Positions 1 to 8,300 are shown, counted from the stretch's first letter. The stretch is DNA of 32,000 nt from Moraxella nasicaprae (GCF_025643275.1 NZ_CP089977.1:810001-842000), one strand, 5' to 3'. The notes: a model not told the origin generated them from the sequence alone. A program made the numbers and translations.

Positions 1-346
1 GACTGCTGGTGTCGTAGACAGATAATTCTGTGTCAGAAATTTTTTGAATGTTTTTTAGTAGCGTTTCAATATCGCTTACTTTGGGATTATGATAATGGTA
101 GGAAATGCTAATGGATTTTGCATCAGTCTTTTTATAATCCTCTCGTTTATCAAATTGGGGCAAGCCAATGGTAATGGTGTCTAATATGTATTGCAATTCG
201 ATTTTCTTTTTATCATAATCTAGTTTGATAGGCTTATGAAATTCAGCATTTTTAAACCTATCCACCCAAGAATAAATCATGATGGGCAACATACAAGCCA
301 AAACAGCGGCGATAAAAACACTACGAATCACTGTTTTGATTTTCAT
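1..346 (-). CDS. hypothetical protein, N-terminal part only (runs off the left window edge), with a hydrophobic N-terminal anchor or signal
   Basis: Absent from the supplied ORF track because there is no stop in the window. Reverse-strand ATG at 346-344, 21 nt after the prfC stop. My translation, MKIKTVIRSVFIAAVLACMLPIMIYSWVDRFKNAEFHKPIKLDYDKKKIELQYILDTITIGLPQFDKRED..., stays open for about 115 codons to position 1. Visibly more AT-rich than its neighbours. No family recognised. Confidence 0.45.
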   Translation of the reverse strand, partial: MKIKTVIRSVFIAAVLACMLPIMIYSWVDRFKNAEFHKPIKLDYDKKKIELQYILDTITIGLPQFDKREDYKKTDAKSISISYHYHNPKVSDIETLLKNIQKISDTELSVYDTSS

Positions 347-367
347 ATTACCCAATTCACATTCATA

Positions 368-1951
368 TCAATGCTCCCTCGTACTTCTAAACTCCACCTC
401 AGGATAGCGTTCTTGCATTAACTGCAAATTAACACGGCTTGGGGCAAGGTAGGTCAAATAACCACCGCCATCAAGCGACAGCTGGTCGTGGGCTTTTTTC
501 TTAAATTTTTCAAACGCCACTTTATCATCACAATGTACCCAGCGGACGGTGGCAATAGAAATCGGTTCAAAGGCACATTGCACCTTGTATTCTTCTAGCA
601 AACGATGAGCCACCACTTCAAATTGTAGCACGCCCACCGCCCCCAAAATCAGGTCGTTATTGATTTGGGGCATAAAGACTTGGGTTGCTCCTTCTTCGGA
701 TAATTGTTGCAGTCCCTTTTGTAATTGTTTGGATTTTAAAGGGTCTTTTAGCACCACACGGCGAAACAGCTCTGGGGCAAAGTGCGGAATGCCTGTAAAA
801 TTAAGGGTTTCGCCACTGGTGAAACTGTCGCCAATCTGAATCGTGCCGTGATTGTGCAAGCCGATGATGTCGCCAGCATACGCCTCTTCAAGGCTTTCAC
901 GGTCGCCTGCCAAAAACATCAACGCATCTGATACTCGCACTTCTTTGCCGATACGCACATGGTTTAATTTCATACCTTTTTCGTACTTGCCAGAGCAAAT
1001 CCGCATAAAGGCGACACGGTCTCTATGTTTGGGGTCCATATTGGCTTGGATTTTAAAGACAAAACCTGTGAAATTGGGTTCGTCTGCTTTTACCACTCGC
1101 TCCACGGCATTGTGGTCTTTGGGGGCTGGGGCGTATTTGGTTAGGGTATCTAGCACCATATCCACGCCAAAATTGCCAAGGGCTGTGCCAAAGAGTACAG
1201 GCGTTTGCTTGCCTGCCAAAAACTCATCAATATCCCAATCGCCAAACGCCATTTCGGCAAGCTCCACCCCTTCCAAAAACTCATTCCAAAGTAGCTCGCC
1301 AAGTCGCCCCTTAATCTCATCGTGGTCGTAGCCGTCTAGGGTTTCAATGTCGGTTAATTGCGTGCCAAAGCCTTTTTTGTATAGATAAGTTTTGTTATCA
1401 AAAAAGTTATACACCCCCACAAAATCCTGCCCCATACCAATGGGATAACAAAACGGCACGCATTTGATTTTTAGTACGCTTTCAATTTCATCAAGTAGGG
1501 AGAGCGGATTTTGGATTTCACGGTCCAATTTATTGACAAAACTGATGATGGGCGTATCACGCATACGGCAGACTTCCATCAGTTTAATGGTGCGTTCTTC
1601 CACGCCCTTTGCCCCATCAATGACCATCAAGGCACTATCAACGGCGGTCAAAGTGCGGTAAGTATCTTCACTAAAATCAGCGTGTCCGGGGGTGTCAAGT
1701 AGGTTTACCATACAATCGCCATAAGGAAACTGCATTACCGAAGTGGTAATCGAAATACCCCGCTCCTGCTCCATACTCATCCAGTCGGAGGTGGCGTGTT
1801 TGTCAGTTTTTCTGGATTTTACCTCGCCTGCGGTTAAGATGGCTTTGCCCCACAAAAGGAGCTTTTCGGTCATTGTGGTTTTGCCTGCGTCAGGGTGGCT
1901 GATGATGGCAAAGGTGCGGCGTTTTTGGATTTGATTGAGTGTGTTTTTCAT
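368..1951 (-). CDS. prfC: peptide chain release factor 3 (translational GTPase)
   Basis: 527-aa ORF. N-terminus [25 protein letters not shown] (G1/P-loop), DTPGHADF (G3), NKLDR (G4). Full-length resemblance to RF3. Confidence 0.95.
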   Translation of the reverse strand: MKNTLNQIQKRRTFAIISHPDAGKTTMTEKLLLWGKAILTAGEVKSRKTDKHATSDWMSMEQERGISITTSVMQFPYGDCMVNLLDTPGHADFSEDTYRTLTAVDSALMVIDGAKGVEERTIKLMEVCRMRDTPIISFVNKLDREIQNPLSLLDEIESVLKIKCVPFCYPIGMGQDFVGVYNFFDNKTYLYKKGFGTQLTDIETLDGYDHDEIKGRLGELLWNEFLEGVELAEMAFGDWDIDEFLAGKQTPVLFGTALGNFGVDMVLDTLTKYAPAPKDHNAVERVVKADEPNFTGFVFKIQANMDPKHRDRVAFMRICSGKYEKGMKLNHVRIGKEVRVSDALMFLAGDRESLEEAYAGDIIGLHNHGTIQIGDSFTSGETLNFTGIPHFAPELFRRVVLKDPLKSKQLQKGLQQLSEEGATQVFMPQINNDLILGAVGVLQFEVVAHRLLEEYKVQCAFEPISIATVRWVHCDDKVAFEKFKKKAHDQLSLDGGGYLTYLAPSRVNLQLMQERYPEVEFRSTREH

Positions 1952-2104
1952 AAAATAATTAACAGATTTATCTAAATAAAGTCGAATGAATTATACCATA
2001 AATCAACTTCATTGAACACACCCAAAGAGCGTTGCTGTTGGCTTGATTTTCTGGATAAATTTGCTTAAAATTGCACCATCGGATTACACAGATTGGGAAA
2101 TATA

Positions 2105-2932
2105 ATGCAAGCAAAAAATTGGTGGTATATTGCTCTTGTTGTCGCAGGGAGTGTTGTCTTGACTGGCTGCCCTTTTGACAAACACACAGGGTGCAGCGAT
2201 GAAGAGGGACTGGCTGCATTAAAAGAGATAATTCTTGAAAGCACCAATAAAGAGCTGACGGAACGACTGGGTGCAGAACAAAACACTGCCATCAAAAATG
2301 CTCTTGAATCCATCAATTTTGATGTCATTGGCGTTCGCACCATTGACAAAAGCTCAAAAAATACCCAAGTATTTTGTGAAGCCACACTACAAACCTCCCT
2401 GCCAAATACATTGCTTGCCAACGCTGATGAAGCCTTGAAGCTTGATGGTAGCAGCCAAACTGCACAAGAGATTCTAAACAGTAACTCTTACCAAAATAAT
2501 GACGACGGCACTTTTGACTACGAAATTGGCTACACCTTACAGCCTAGCGATGATGGCAAATGGATTTATGCCCAGCTAGACAAAGGTCAGCCTGCACAAG
2601 GGCTGACAGATATGCTTTATTGGAGTCTATCCAAAGAACAAATCGCCACAAAAATCCAACAGCAAAACGAGCAAGAAGCTGCCGACCTAGAACAGGCGAA
2701 CGCCAATTATCACGCTGCTGTCGCCCGCATTAACCGCACTTGGAACTCGCTAGACCCCTATATTCAAGATATGCTACGCCCAGAACAAAAGTCCATCAAC
2801 AACCAGCGAGAAGCAGAGTGCCGAGCCGAATCATTAGGCGTGGACGGTTCATTTGCCGCCCAAGAAATCTACCGTCTAAATTGTGAGGTTGAACGCCTAG
2901 ACAGTCGCAACGAGGAGCTTGGCTACTACTAA
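2105..2932 (+). CDS. lipoprotein with a DUF1311 / LprI-like C-terminal domain
   Basis: The ORF track starts at TTG 2093. ATG 2105 is preferred because GGGA lies 7 nt upstream. Signal peptide plus lipobox VLTGC. The C-terminal pattern NANYHAAVARINRTWNSL...QREAECRAE...YRLNCEVERLDSRNEEL resembles the Cys-containing helical DUF1311 fold. The N-terminal part is not recognised. Confidence 0.7.
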   Translation: MQAKNWWYIALVVAGSVVLTGCPFDKHTGCSDEEGLAALKEIILESTNKELTERLGAEQNTAIKNALESINFDVIGVRTIDKSSKNTQVFCEATLQTSLPNTLLANADEALKLDGSSQTAQEILNSNSYQNNDDGTFDYEIGYTLQPSDDGKWIYAQLDKGQPAQGLTDMLYWSLSKEQIATKIQQQNEQEAADLEQANANYHAAVARINRTWNSLDPYIQDMLRPEQKSINNQREAECRAESLGVDGSFAAQEIYRLNCEVERLDSRNEELGYY

Positions 2933-2994
2933 CATTAGCCAGATGGTTTTTAAATTTGATATCTTTAAACCTGATGGTAAAACAAATCAACATT

Positions 2995-3050
2995 CAAGCT
3001 GTTTTTGTCAATAAGAATCTCTTCAAAAAACAAAAACAGCTTGTTATTTT
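2995..3050 (+). terminator. intrinsic terminator after the lipoprotein gene
   Basis: Perfect 13-bp inverted repeat, CAAGCTGTTTTTG (2995-3007) / CAAAAACAGCTTG (3031-3043), followed by TTATTTTAT. The loop is rather long at 23 nt. Confidence 0.55.
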
Positions 3051-3129
3051 ATCCATAACGCCAAAGAAATCTATCAAGAAAATTATCAAAATATTTAAAT
3101 AAAAATTTAAAATTTATCATCATAAAATT

Positions 3130-3158
3130 TTAAAATATCGCCCAAAATGTGCTATACT
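3130..3158 (+). promoter_or_regulatory. candidate sigma70 promoter for polA (extended -10)
   Basis: TTAAAA (3130-3135), 17-bp spacer, TGcTATACT (TG 3150-3151, TATACT 3153-3158). It sits downstream of a very AT-rich UP-like tract and about 35 nt upstream of the polA ATG. Confidence 0.35.
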
Positions 3159-3192
3159 GGTCGTCAATAATTATGATGATGAACCAAATTTG

Positions 3193-6087
3193 ATGACCGC
3201 AATGAACAATTATCAACAAATTCCCAATCTTGCTCACTTTGACACAAGCAATATCGACACATCTGCCGCTCCTGTGGTGCTGGTCGATGGTTCTTATTAT
3301 TTATTTCGCTGTTTTTATGGTCTGCCACCCTTATCCAACAAAGACGGACTGCCCACCAATGCCGTGCGTGGCGTGCTAAATGCCCTAAACAAGCTCATCA
3401 AAAAATACAAGCCTGCCTACATGGCGGTCGCTTTTGATACCAAAGCCCCAACCTTTCGCCACGAATTATCGGAGGCTTACAAAGCACATCGCCCACCGAT
3501 GGAAGATGATTTGCGAGTACAGATTCCTTATGTGCATGAACTGATTAAACAGCTTGGCATTCCCCTCATCACCATTGATGGCTATGAAGCAGACGACATC
3601 ATCGGTACACTGGCTCATACCGCTTGCCAGCACAGACTGCCTGTCGTCATCTCAACAGGCGATAAAGACATGGCACAGCTTGTCAATGATTGCGTCATCT
3701 TAGAAGACAGCTTTACTGGCAAAATCACCGATAAAGCAGGTGTCATCGAAAAATTTGGGGTGCAAAATACCCAAATTGCCGACTACCTAACGCTGATGGG
3801 CGATGCCTCTGACGGCATTGCAGGAATTCCAAAAGTAGGACAAAAAACCGCCGCCAAACTGCTTAATGATTATGGCGATATTGATGGTATTTTGGCAAAT
3901 ATCGAACAAATCAAAGGCGTGGTTGGCAAAAACATCAAAGAGCACCAAGATACCATTCCGCTCAATCGTACGCTGGCAACCATCGTAACCAATTTGGATT
4001 TGCCCATTGGTTTTGAAGACATCAAGCTGGGCGATGCTAATGACGATGCCAAAGAACAACGCTTGACCAGTTTGTTAAGTTTTTATCAAAAGCTAGAATT
4101 CCGTCAAGAAATTACTGCCGTTTCAGAACAACTTGCCAAGCTAAACTTAGACCCACAGCACAGCACGCCAGTCGAGCAGACAGACGACCAAAATGATGCT
4201 GGCATCGTACCAAGCCTGCCTGCCGACACCGTGCAATATCACACCATCAGCACCGCACAAGAGCTTGATGATTTGGTTGCCACGCTGGCACAATCGCCCT
4301 ATTTTGCCATCGACACCGAGACAACACACCTAGATTGGCAACAAGCATCATTGGTGGGTGTCAGCATCAGCCACACCCATCATCAAGCATACTACATTCC
4401 CATCAATCATGTTGATGATTTGGGCACAAGACACGATGGACAGCTTGATGAAAACACGGTTTTGGGTGCTTTAAAGCCGATTTTACAAAACCCTGCCATC
4501 GGCAAAATCGGTCAGCATCTTAAATACGACACGCATATTTTTGCCAAATACGGCATTGATTTGCTTGGCGATATTCACACCCAGCCTGACAACTGGCACA
4601 TGGACACCATGTTGGCAAGCTATGTGATTAACGCTGCTGCCACACGGCACAATATGGACGACTTGGCAAAACACTATCTAAACACCACAACCACCACCTT
4701 TGAAGAAGTGGCAGGCAAAGGAGCCAAACAAATCACTTTTGATAGAGTGGACATCGATACAGCCAGCCACTATGCCTGTGAAGATGCGGATATTACTTTT
4801 AGATTATTTACGATATTCTCACAATATCTTGCCAATGACCATGCTGCCTCCAAGCTACTTCATCGTCTTGAAATACCCACCGCCAAACTATTGACCCAGA
4901 TGGAGCGGGCGGGTATTTTGATTGATATTGATATGCTAAGCAAATTATCACATCAATTTGATGAAGAAATTTTGGCATTAGAACACCAAGCTCACACTTT
5001 GGCGGCAGAGAATTTCAACCTTGCCAGCCCAAAACAGTTGGGCGAAATTTTGTTTGAAAAACTTGGCATTGCAGGCGGTAAAAAAACCAAAACAGGACAG
5101 TATTCCACCTCAGAAGCCGTTCTATCCAAAATCGACCACCCGCTGGTTGAGACCGTTTTGGCACATCGTAGCTTATCAAAACTAAAAAGCACCTACACCG
5201 ATGCACTTGCCAAAGCTGCTGATGACGCAGGGCGAGTACATACCAGCTATCATCAGGCATTGACCAGCACAGGCAGACTGTCGTCATCTGACCCAAATCT
5301 ACAAAATATCCCCATTCGCACCGATACAGGTCGCCTGATTCGTCAGGCATTCATTGCACCAAAAGGTCGTGTGATTTTGGCAGCTGACTATTCACAGATT
5401 GAACTTCGACTGATGGCACATTTTAGTGGAGATGAGCGATTGATTGCCGCCTTTAATGATGGGCTAGACATTCACACCGCCACCGCTGCTGAAATCATGG
5501 GTAAATCACTTGATGAAGTAACCAGCAATGAACGCCGTGCTGCCAAAGCGGTCAATTTTGGTCTGTTGTATGGCATGAGTGCCTTTGGGCTTGCCAAACA
5601 ATTAGGTGTGGATAGAAGCACCGCCCAAGACTACATCAAACGCTATTTTGCTCGCTATCCTGCAATTCATGACTACATGGAAAACACCAAAAATCATGCA
5701 AAACAGGCAGGCTATGTAAAAACCTTATTGGATAGAAAACTCTACTCGCCAGACATCAATAACAGCAACCGCATGATAAAAGAGGCTGCCGAACGAGCCG
5801 CCATCAACGCCCCGCTTCAAGGGTCGGCAGCTGAGCTGATTAAACTTGCGATGATTGCGGTGGATAAAGTATTGCCCAAAGAGCACGCCAAACTATTGCT
5901 ACAAGTCCATGACGAGCTGGTGTTTGAAATTGATGCCGATAAAGCACAAGAGATTGGCACACTCATCAAAAATGCCATGCAAAATGTACTGACCGACACC
6001 GCCAAAACGCTTGGCTGGACGGTGGATTTTGCTGTACCGCTGCTTGTCGAGATTGGTACAGGTGATAATTGGGACGAGGCTCATTAA
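3193..6087 (+). CDS. polA: DNA polymerase I (5'-3' exonuclease, 3'-5' exonuclease and polymerase domains)
   Basis: 965-aa ORF. The track start is TTG 3190 and the first ATG is at 3193. Motifs: LVDGSYYLFRCFY and GDxSDGIxGIPxVGxKTA (5' nuclease), FAIDTETT (Exo I), YACEDAD (Exo III), LxADYSQIELR (motif A), RRxAKxxNFGLLYG (motif B), QVHDELVFE (motif C). Confidence 0.96.
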   Translation: MTAMNNYQQIPNLAHFDTSNIDTSAAPVVLVDGSYYLFRCFYGLPPLSNKDGLPTNAVRGVLNALNKLIKKYKPAYMAVAFDTKAPTFRHELSEAYKAHRPPMEDDLRVQIPYVHELIKQLGIPLITIDGYEADDIIGTLAHTACQHRLPVVISTGDKDMAQLVNDCVILEDSFTGKITDKAGVIEKFGVQNTQIADYLTLMGDASDGIAGIPKVGQKTAAKLLNDYGDIDGILANIEQIKGVVGKNIKEHQDTIPLNRTLATIVTNLDLPIGFEDIKLGDANDDAKEQRLTSLLSFYQKLEFRQEITAVSEQLAKLNLDPQHSTPVEQTDDQNDAGIVPSLPADTVQYHTISTAQELDDLVATLAQSPYFAIDTETTHLDWQQASLVGVSISHTHHQAYYIPINHVDDLGTRHDGQLDENTVLGALKPILQNPAIGKIGQHLKYDTHIFAKYGIDLLGDIHTQPDNWHMDTMLASYVINAAATRHNMDDLAKHYLNTTTTTFEEVAGKGAKQITFDRVDIDTASHYACEDADITFRLFTIFSQYLANDHAASKLLHRLEIPTAKLLTQMERAGILIDIDMLSKLSHQFDEEILALEHQAHTLAAENFNLASPKQLGEILFEKLGIAGGKKTKTGQYSTSEAVLSKIDHPLVETVLAHRSLSKLKSTYTDALAKAADDAGRVHTSYHQALTSTGRLSSSDPNLQNIPIRTDTGRLIRQAFIAPKGRVILAADYSQIELRLMAHFSGDERLIAAFNDGLDIHTATAAEIMGKSLDEVTSNERRAAKAVNFGLLYGMSAFGLAKQLGVDRSTAQDYIKRYFARYPAIHDYMENTKNHAKQAGYVKTLLDRKLYSPDINNSNRMIKEAAERAAINAPLQGSAAELIKLAMIAVDKVLPKEHAKLLLQVHDELVFEIDADKAQEIGTLIKNAMQNVLTDTAKTLGWTVDFAVPLLVEIGTGDNWDEAH

Positions 6088-6113
6088 CACCCCAAGCCCA
6101 ACATCAAAAAAAA

Positions 6114-6160
6114 CCGCTTGTTTTGCCCAGTTTTGGACATATTAAACAGGCGGTTTTTTT
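6114..6160 (+). terminator. intrinsic terminator of polA
   Basis: CCGCTTGTTT (6114-6123) pairs with AAACAGGCGG (6144-6153) with one G-U pair, followed by a T7 run (6154-6160). An A-run precedes the stem. The loop is 20 nt. Confidence 0.6.
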
Positions 6161-6365
6161 GATAAGTGGTACATCATCAATCATCGATAAAATCAAAGCC
6201 ATGCATCATCTGCAAGCTCATTCATCGGCTGTTTGGACAATAGGTTGTTAAAAGTTAGCATTAAGAAAAACCGTTCGTGATAAGCTAAGTTTCAGCCATC
6301 AAGGGTTTCACCACTCTTGGGCAAGTCTTTGAGCGAACACAAAATCCAGCATGAAAAAATCTCAT

Positions 6366-6505
6366 AAAAAACAACGGGTCAGACCAAAAAGCCTAACCCG
6401 TTGTTTTTCCAAGATTTTACCAAAAGTAAAATCCGTATCCTTACCAACCTTCCTTGAATAGCACCTCATCCCTGCCCTGCTCCATCAGGGTTCTCCATTG
6501 CTATG
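6366..6505 (-). ncRNA. candidate Csr/Rsm-family (RsmY/RsmZ-like) CsrA-sequestering small RNA
   Basis: An ORF-free segment of about 140 nt between a -10 element and a strong terminator on the minus strand. It has seven GGA trinucleotides, six of them in ANGGA context (AUGGA x2, AGGGA, AAGGA x2, ACGGA). Hand-foldable stems: AUAGCA/UGCUAU enclosing CCCU-GAUGGAGC-AGGG, and GAUUUUAC-UUUUG-GUAAAAUC. Terminator: AACAACGGGU...ACCCGUUGUU plus a U6 run. The ends are estimates (TSS about 6504-6506, 3' end about 6366). Confidence 0.55.
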
Positions 6506-6511
6506 AGGCGT

Positions 6512-6579
6512 ATTATGCTGGATTTATGCCAAAATAAAAAGACGCAAAAATCGTCAATCCATGTAAGAAATTTCCTACA
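6512..6579 (-). promoter_or_regulatory. GacA/UvrY-box-like upstream activating sequence plus -10 element for the candidate sRNA
   Basis: The minus strand reads TGTAGG-AAATTT-CTTACA (6579 to 6562), which has one mismatch to the published GacA box TGTAAG-N6-CTTACA. CATAAT lies 44 nt downstream (6517 to 6512). The -35 is poor (TTTTTA), as expected for an activator-dependent promoter. The box centre is about 65 nt upstream of the predicted start. Confidence 0.5.
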
Positions 6580-6611
6580 AATCTACCATCAGCATACCAC
6601 ATACTTTGGCA

Positions 6612-7157
6612 TTAACGCATTCTGGCAAGCAGATTGTCTTTTTTGACAAATTGATGATACAACGCCGCACCGATATGTAGCACCACTAATGCCAATAAAG
6701 CATTCCACATCAACCCACGATGCACACCCATCAAAGTACGAGCCAAATCACGGTTTGCCTCAGCCGCCCCTGCTATCTGAAAAATACCAAAGACATCAAC
6801 GCCATAACCGCCAAAATATGCCGACAAAAAACCAGTTACAGGCATGCCAATCATCGCCACATATAACGCCAGATGCGTCAAGTGCGATATGGCAGTTTGC
6901 CACGCTGGCATCGGCAGAGCAGCAGGTGCTTTGCTAACAACACGATTGATGAGACGAAGTAGCGTCCAAATCAAAAAACTAAAACCCACCGCTTTATGCA
7001 AACCGATAAAATCCTCGCCTTGCTCCACCAAAAACCAAGCTGTCACAATCAATAATGCACCCACCCAGTGAAACAGGCGAGCGGCCAGATTGTATTTTTG
7101 AATTTGCATTGCATTTGTTGCTAGCTGTGTCATCATATCACCAAAAAAATAAGCCAT
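6612..7157 (-). CDS. cytochrome b561 family membrane protein
   Basis: 181-aa ORF with four predicted TM helices and conserved His positions (RLFHWVGALLIV..., HLTHLALYV, LHIGAALYH). The C-terminal KKDNLLARM matches the family end motif. The true start may be an internal Met (for example MQIQKY at about 7109). Confidence 0.85.
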   Translation of the reverse strand: MAYFFGDMMTQLATNAMQIQKYNLAARLFHWVGALLIVTAWFLVEQGEDFIGLHKAVGFSFLIWTLLRLINRVVSKAPAALPMPAWQTAISHLTHLALYVAMIGMPVTGFLSAYFGGYGVDVFGIFQIAGAAEANRDLARTLMGVHRGLMWNALLALVVLHIGAALYHQFVKKDNLLARMR

Positions 7158-7231
7158 AATTGCGATTATTCTATCAAGCCAACCTTAATTTTTGATAATA
7201 AGATTGTAGAAATTTTGTATATTTATTCAGC

Positions 7232-7252
7232 AATACGCATTAAATACGCATT
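7232..7252. repeat. exact tandem direct repeat AATACGCATT-A-AATACGCATT (11-bp phase) in a divergent promoter region
   Basis: Read directly at 7232-7241 and 7243-7252. It lies about 40 bp upstream of an extended -10 facing the lipoprotein gene and about 75 bp from the cytochrome b561 ORF start. Confidence 0.6.
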
Positions 7253-7288
7253 GATGATTAGGCGGGTCGATTGGCAAGCATCAAAATA

Positions 7289-7297
7289 TGTTAAAAT
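7289..7297 (+). promoter_or_regulatory. candidate extended -10 promoter element for the adaptor-like lipoprotein gene
   Basis: TGtTAAAAT (TG 7289-7290, TAAAAT 7292-7297), about 35 nt upstream of ATG 7332. TTGGCA at 7271-7276 is only 15 bp away, so the -35 assignment is doubtful. Confidence 0.3.
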
Positions 7298-7331
7298 GCT
7301 GTTTGTTGTACTTAGTTGATTGATTGATTTT

Positions 7332-8300
7332 ATGAACCATTTTGCCTTGGGCGTATGCCTGATGATGCTTGCTTGCCTGCTGTCATTGACCGCCTGCAAA
7401 CCAAAATCCGCCACGCCATCGCACGACACGCCCATCACTCTTAGCACCGACCAAGTCGCCAGCGTCAAAATGACTCGCTATCAGCCCAGCTTAACTTTGG
7501 CTGGCACCATCAAGCCACATCGCAGCCAACGATTGCACATGCCGTTTGATGGCAAGATTCTCTACATCGCCAAAACAGGTACTCATCATCAAGCAGGCAG
7601 CCCATTGGTGCAGATTTTGCCAATTCATCAGAGCGACATTCAGATGCTCACCACGCTCAAACAGTACGATGCACACAGTCAAAGTTATCAGCTGATGGTC
7701 GATTTTGATGGCACGATTGACCAACAATTTGTCCAAACTGACGATGAAGTGCTTGCTGAAAGTACGCTATTAAATGTGGTTGATACTAAGACACTTGACA
7801 TGGTCAGCCTTGCTCCTGTCAGCATAAAATCATATTTGCACATCGGTACAACCGTGCAGCTGAACACCCAAAACACCCAGCAAGGTCATTTTTCAGGGCA
7901 AATCAGCCAAATCGATGAAGAACAAAATCTGCTCAAAATCCACATTCGTATCAAACCAAAACCCGACCAAGCACCACTTGCTCTTGGGCAATCAGTCTAT
8001 GGCAGCCTAGACTATGGGCAATCTGCGGTGGCTGGACTTGTGCCATATCTTGCCATCAGCAATGAGCAAGGCAAATCTTTATCATTGGCACAGTTTCACC
8101 CACCTCGCCCTGCCCTGCCTGTCAAAGGTTACATTTGGCTCATCAAACAAGACCATACTTTGCACAAAAAATTGGTCGATGTCATCGAATATCGTCAAGC
8201 GTCCAATCAATTTTTGGTCACAGGTGTCAGTGAAGACAGTCTGGTCGTTACCACACCGCCAAACGATGCACTTGATGGGCGTACTGTCAGACTGCACTAA
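7332..8300 (+). CDS. lipoprotein resembling an efflux-pump periplasmic adaptor (membrane fusion protein) with a minimal or absent alpha-hairpin
   Basis: The track start is TTG 7320. ATG 7332 gives MNHFALGVCLMMLACLLSLTAC (signal peptide plus lipobox). Layout: split lipoyl-like halves (HMPFDGKILYIAKTGTHHQAGSPLVQI ... LMVDFDGTIDQQFVQTDDEVLAESTLLNVVD) separated by only about 25 aa. A beta-barrel-like part follows (GTTVQL...FSGQISQIDEE...LKIHIRI...LGQSVYGSL), then a membrane-proximal tail (...FLVTGVSEDSLVVTTPPNDALDGRTVRL). The family assignment rests on pattern recall only. Confidence 0.6.
   Translation: MNHFALGVCLMMLACLLSLTACKPKSATPSHDTPITLSTDQVASVKMTRYQPSLTLAGTIKPHRSQRLHMPFDGKILYIAKTGTHHQAGSPLVQILPIHQSDIQMLTTLKQYDAHSQSYQLMVDFDGTIDQQFVQTDDEVLAESTLLNVVDTKTLDMVSLAPVSIKSYLHIGTTVQLNTQNTQQGHFSGQISQIDEEQNLLKIHIRIKPKPDQAPLALGQSVYGSLDYGQSAVAGLVPYLAISNEQGKSLSLAQFHPPRPALPVKGYIWLIKQDHTLHKKLVDVIEYRQASNQFLVTGVSEDSLVVTTPPNDALDGRTVRLH

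Noticed and set aside
852-1331. A 159-aa plus-strand ORF antisense to prfC, with similar antisense ORFs inside polA, the kinase, murE, ftsI, rsmH and gltX.
   Set aside because: Each is wholly embedded antisense to or out of frame with a strongly supported conserved gene. Their Ser/Pro/Arg-rich composition is typical of shadow ORFs.
6069-6251. A 60-aa plus-strand ORF overlapping the end of polA and running through its terminator.
   Set aside because: It starts inside polA, spans the terminator hairpin, has no Shine-Dalgarno and has an unremarkable composition. It is most likely spurious.
6351-6461. A small basic ORF (MKKSHKKQRVRPKSLTRCFSKILPKVKSVSLPTFLE) on the plus strand.
   Set aside because: It reads straight through the terminator hairpin and lies antisense to the candidate sRNA. 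It has no ribosome-binding site. Its basic composition is a by-product of the A-runs.
6342-6525. An 11-bp perfect inverted repeat (AAATCCAGCAT 6342-6352 / ATGCTGGATTT 6515-6525) bracketing the candidate sRNA. I considered it as MITE or insertion-cassette ends.
   Set aside because: By rough estimate, an 11-bp inverted repeat within a few hundred bp is expected about once by chance in a 32-kb window. There are no target-site duplications or transposase remnants. The right arm simply overlaps the -10 region.
7185-7215. A GATAATAAGATTGTAGAAA stretch upstream of the cytochrome b561 gene, considered as a Fur box.
   Set aside because: By my count only about 10 of 19 positions match the classical Fur box, which is indistinguishable from AT-rich background.
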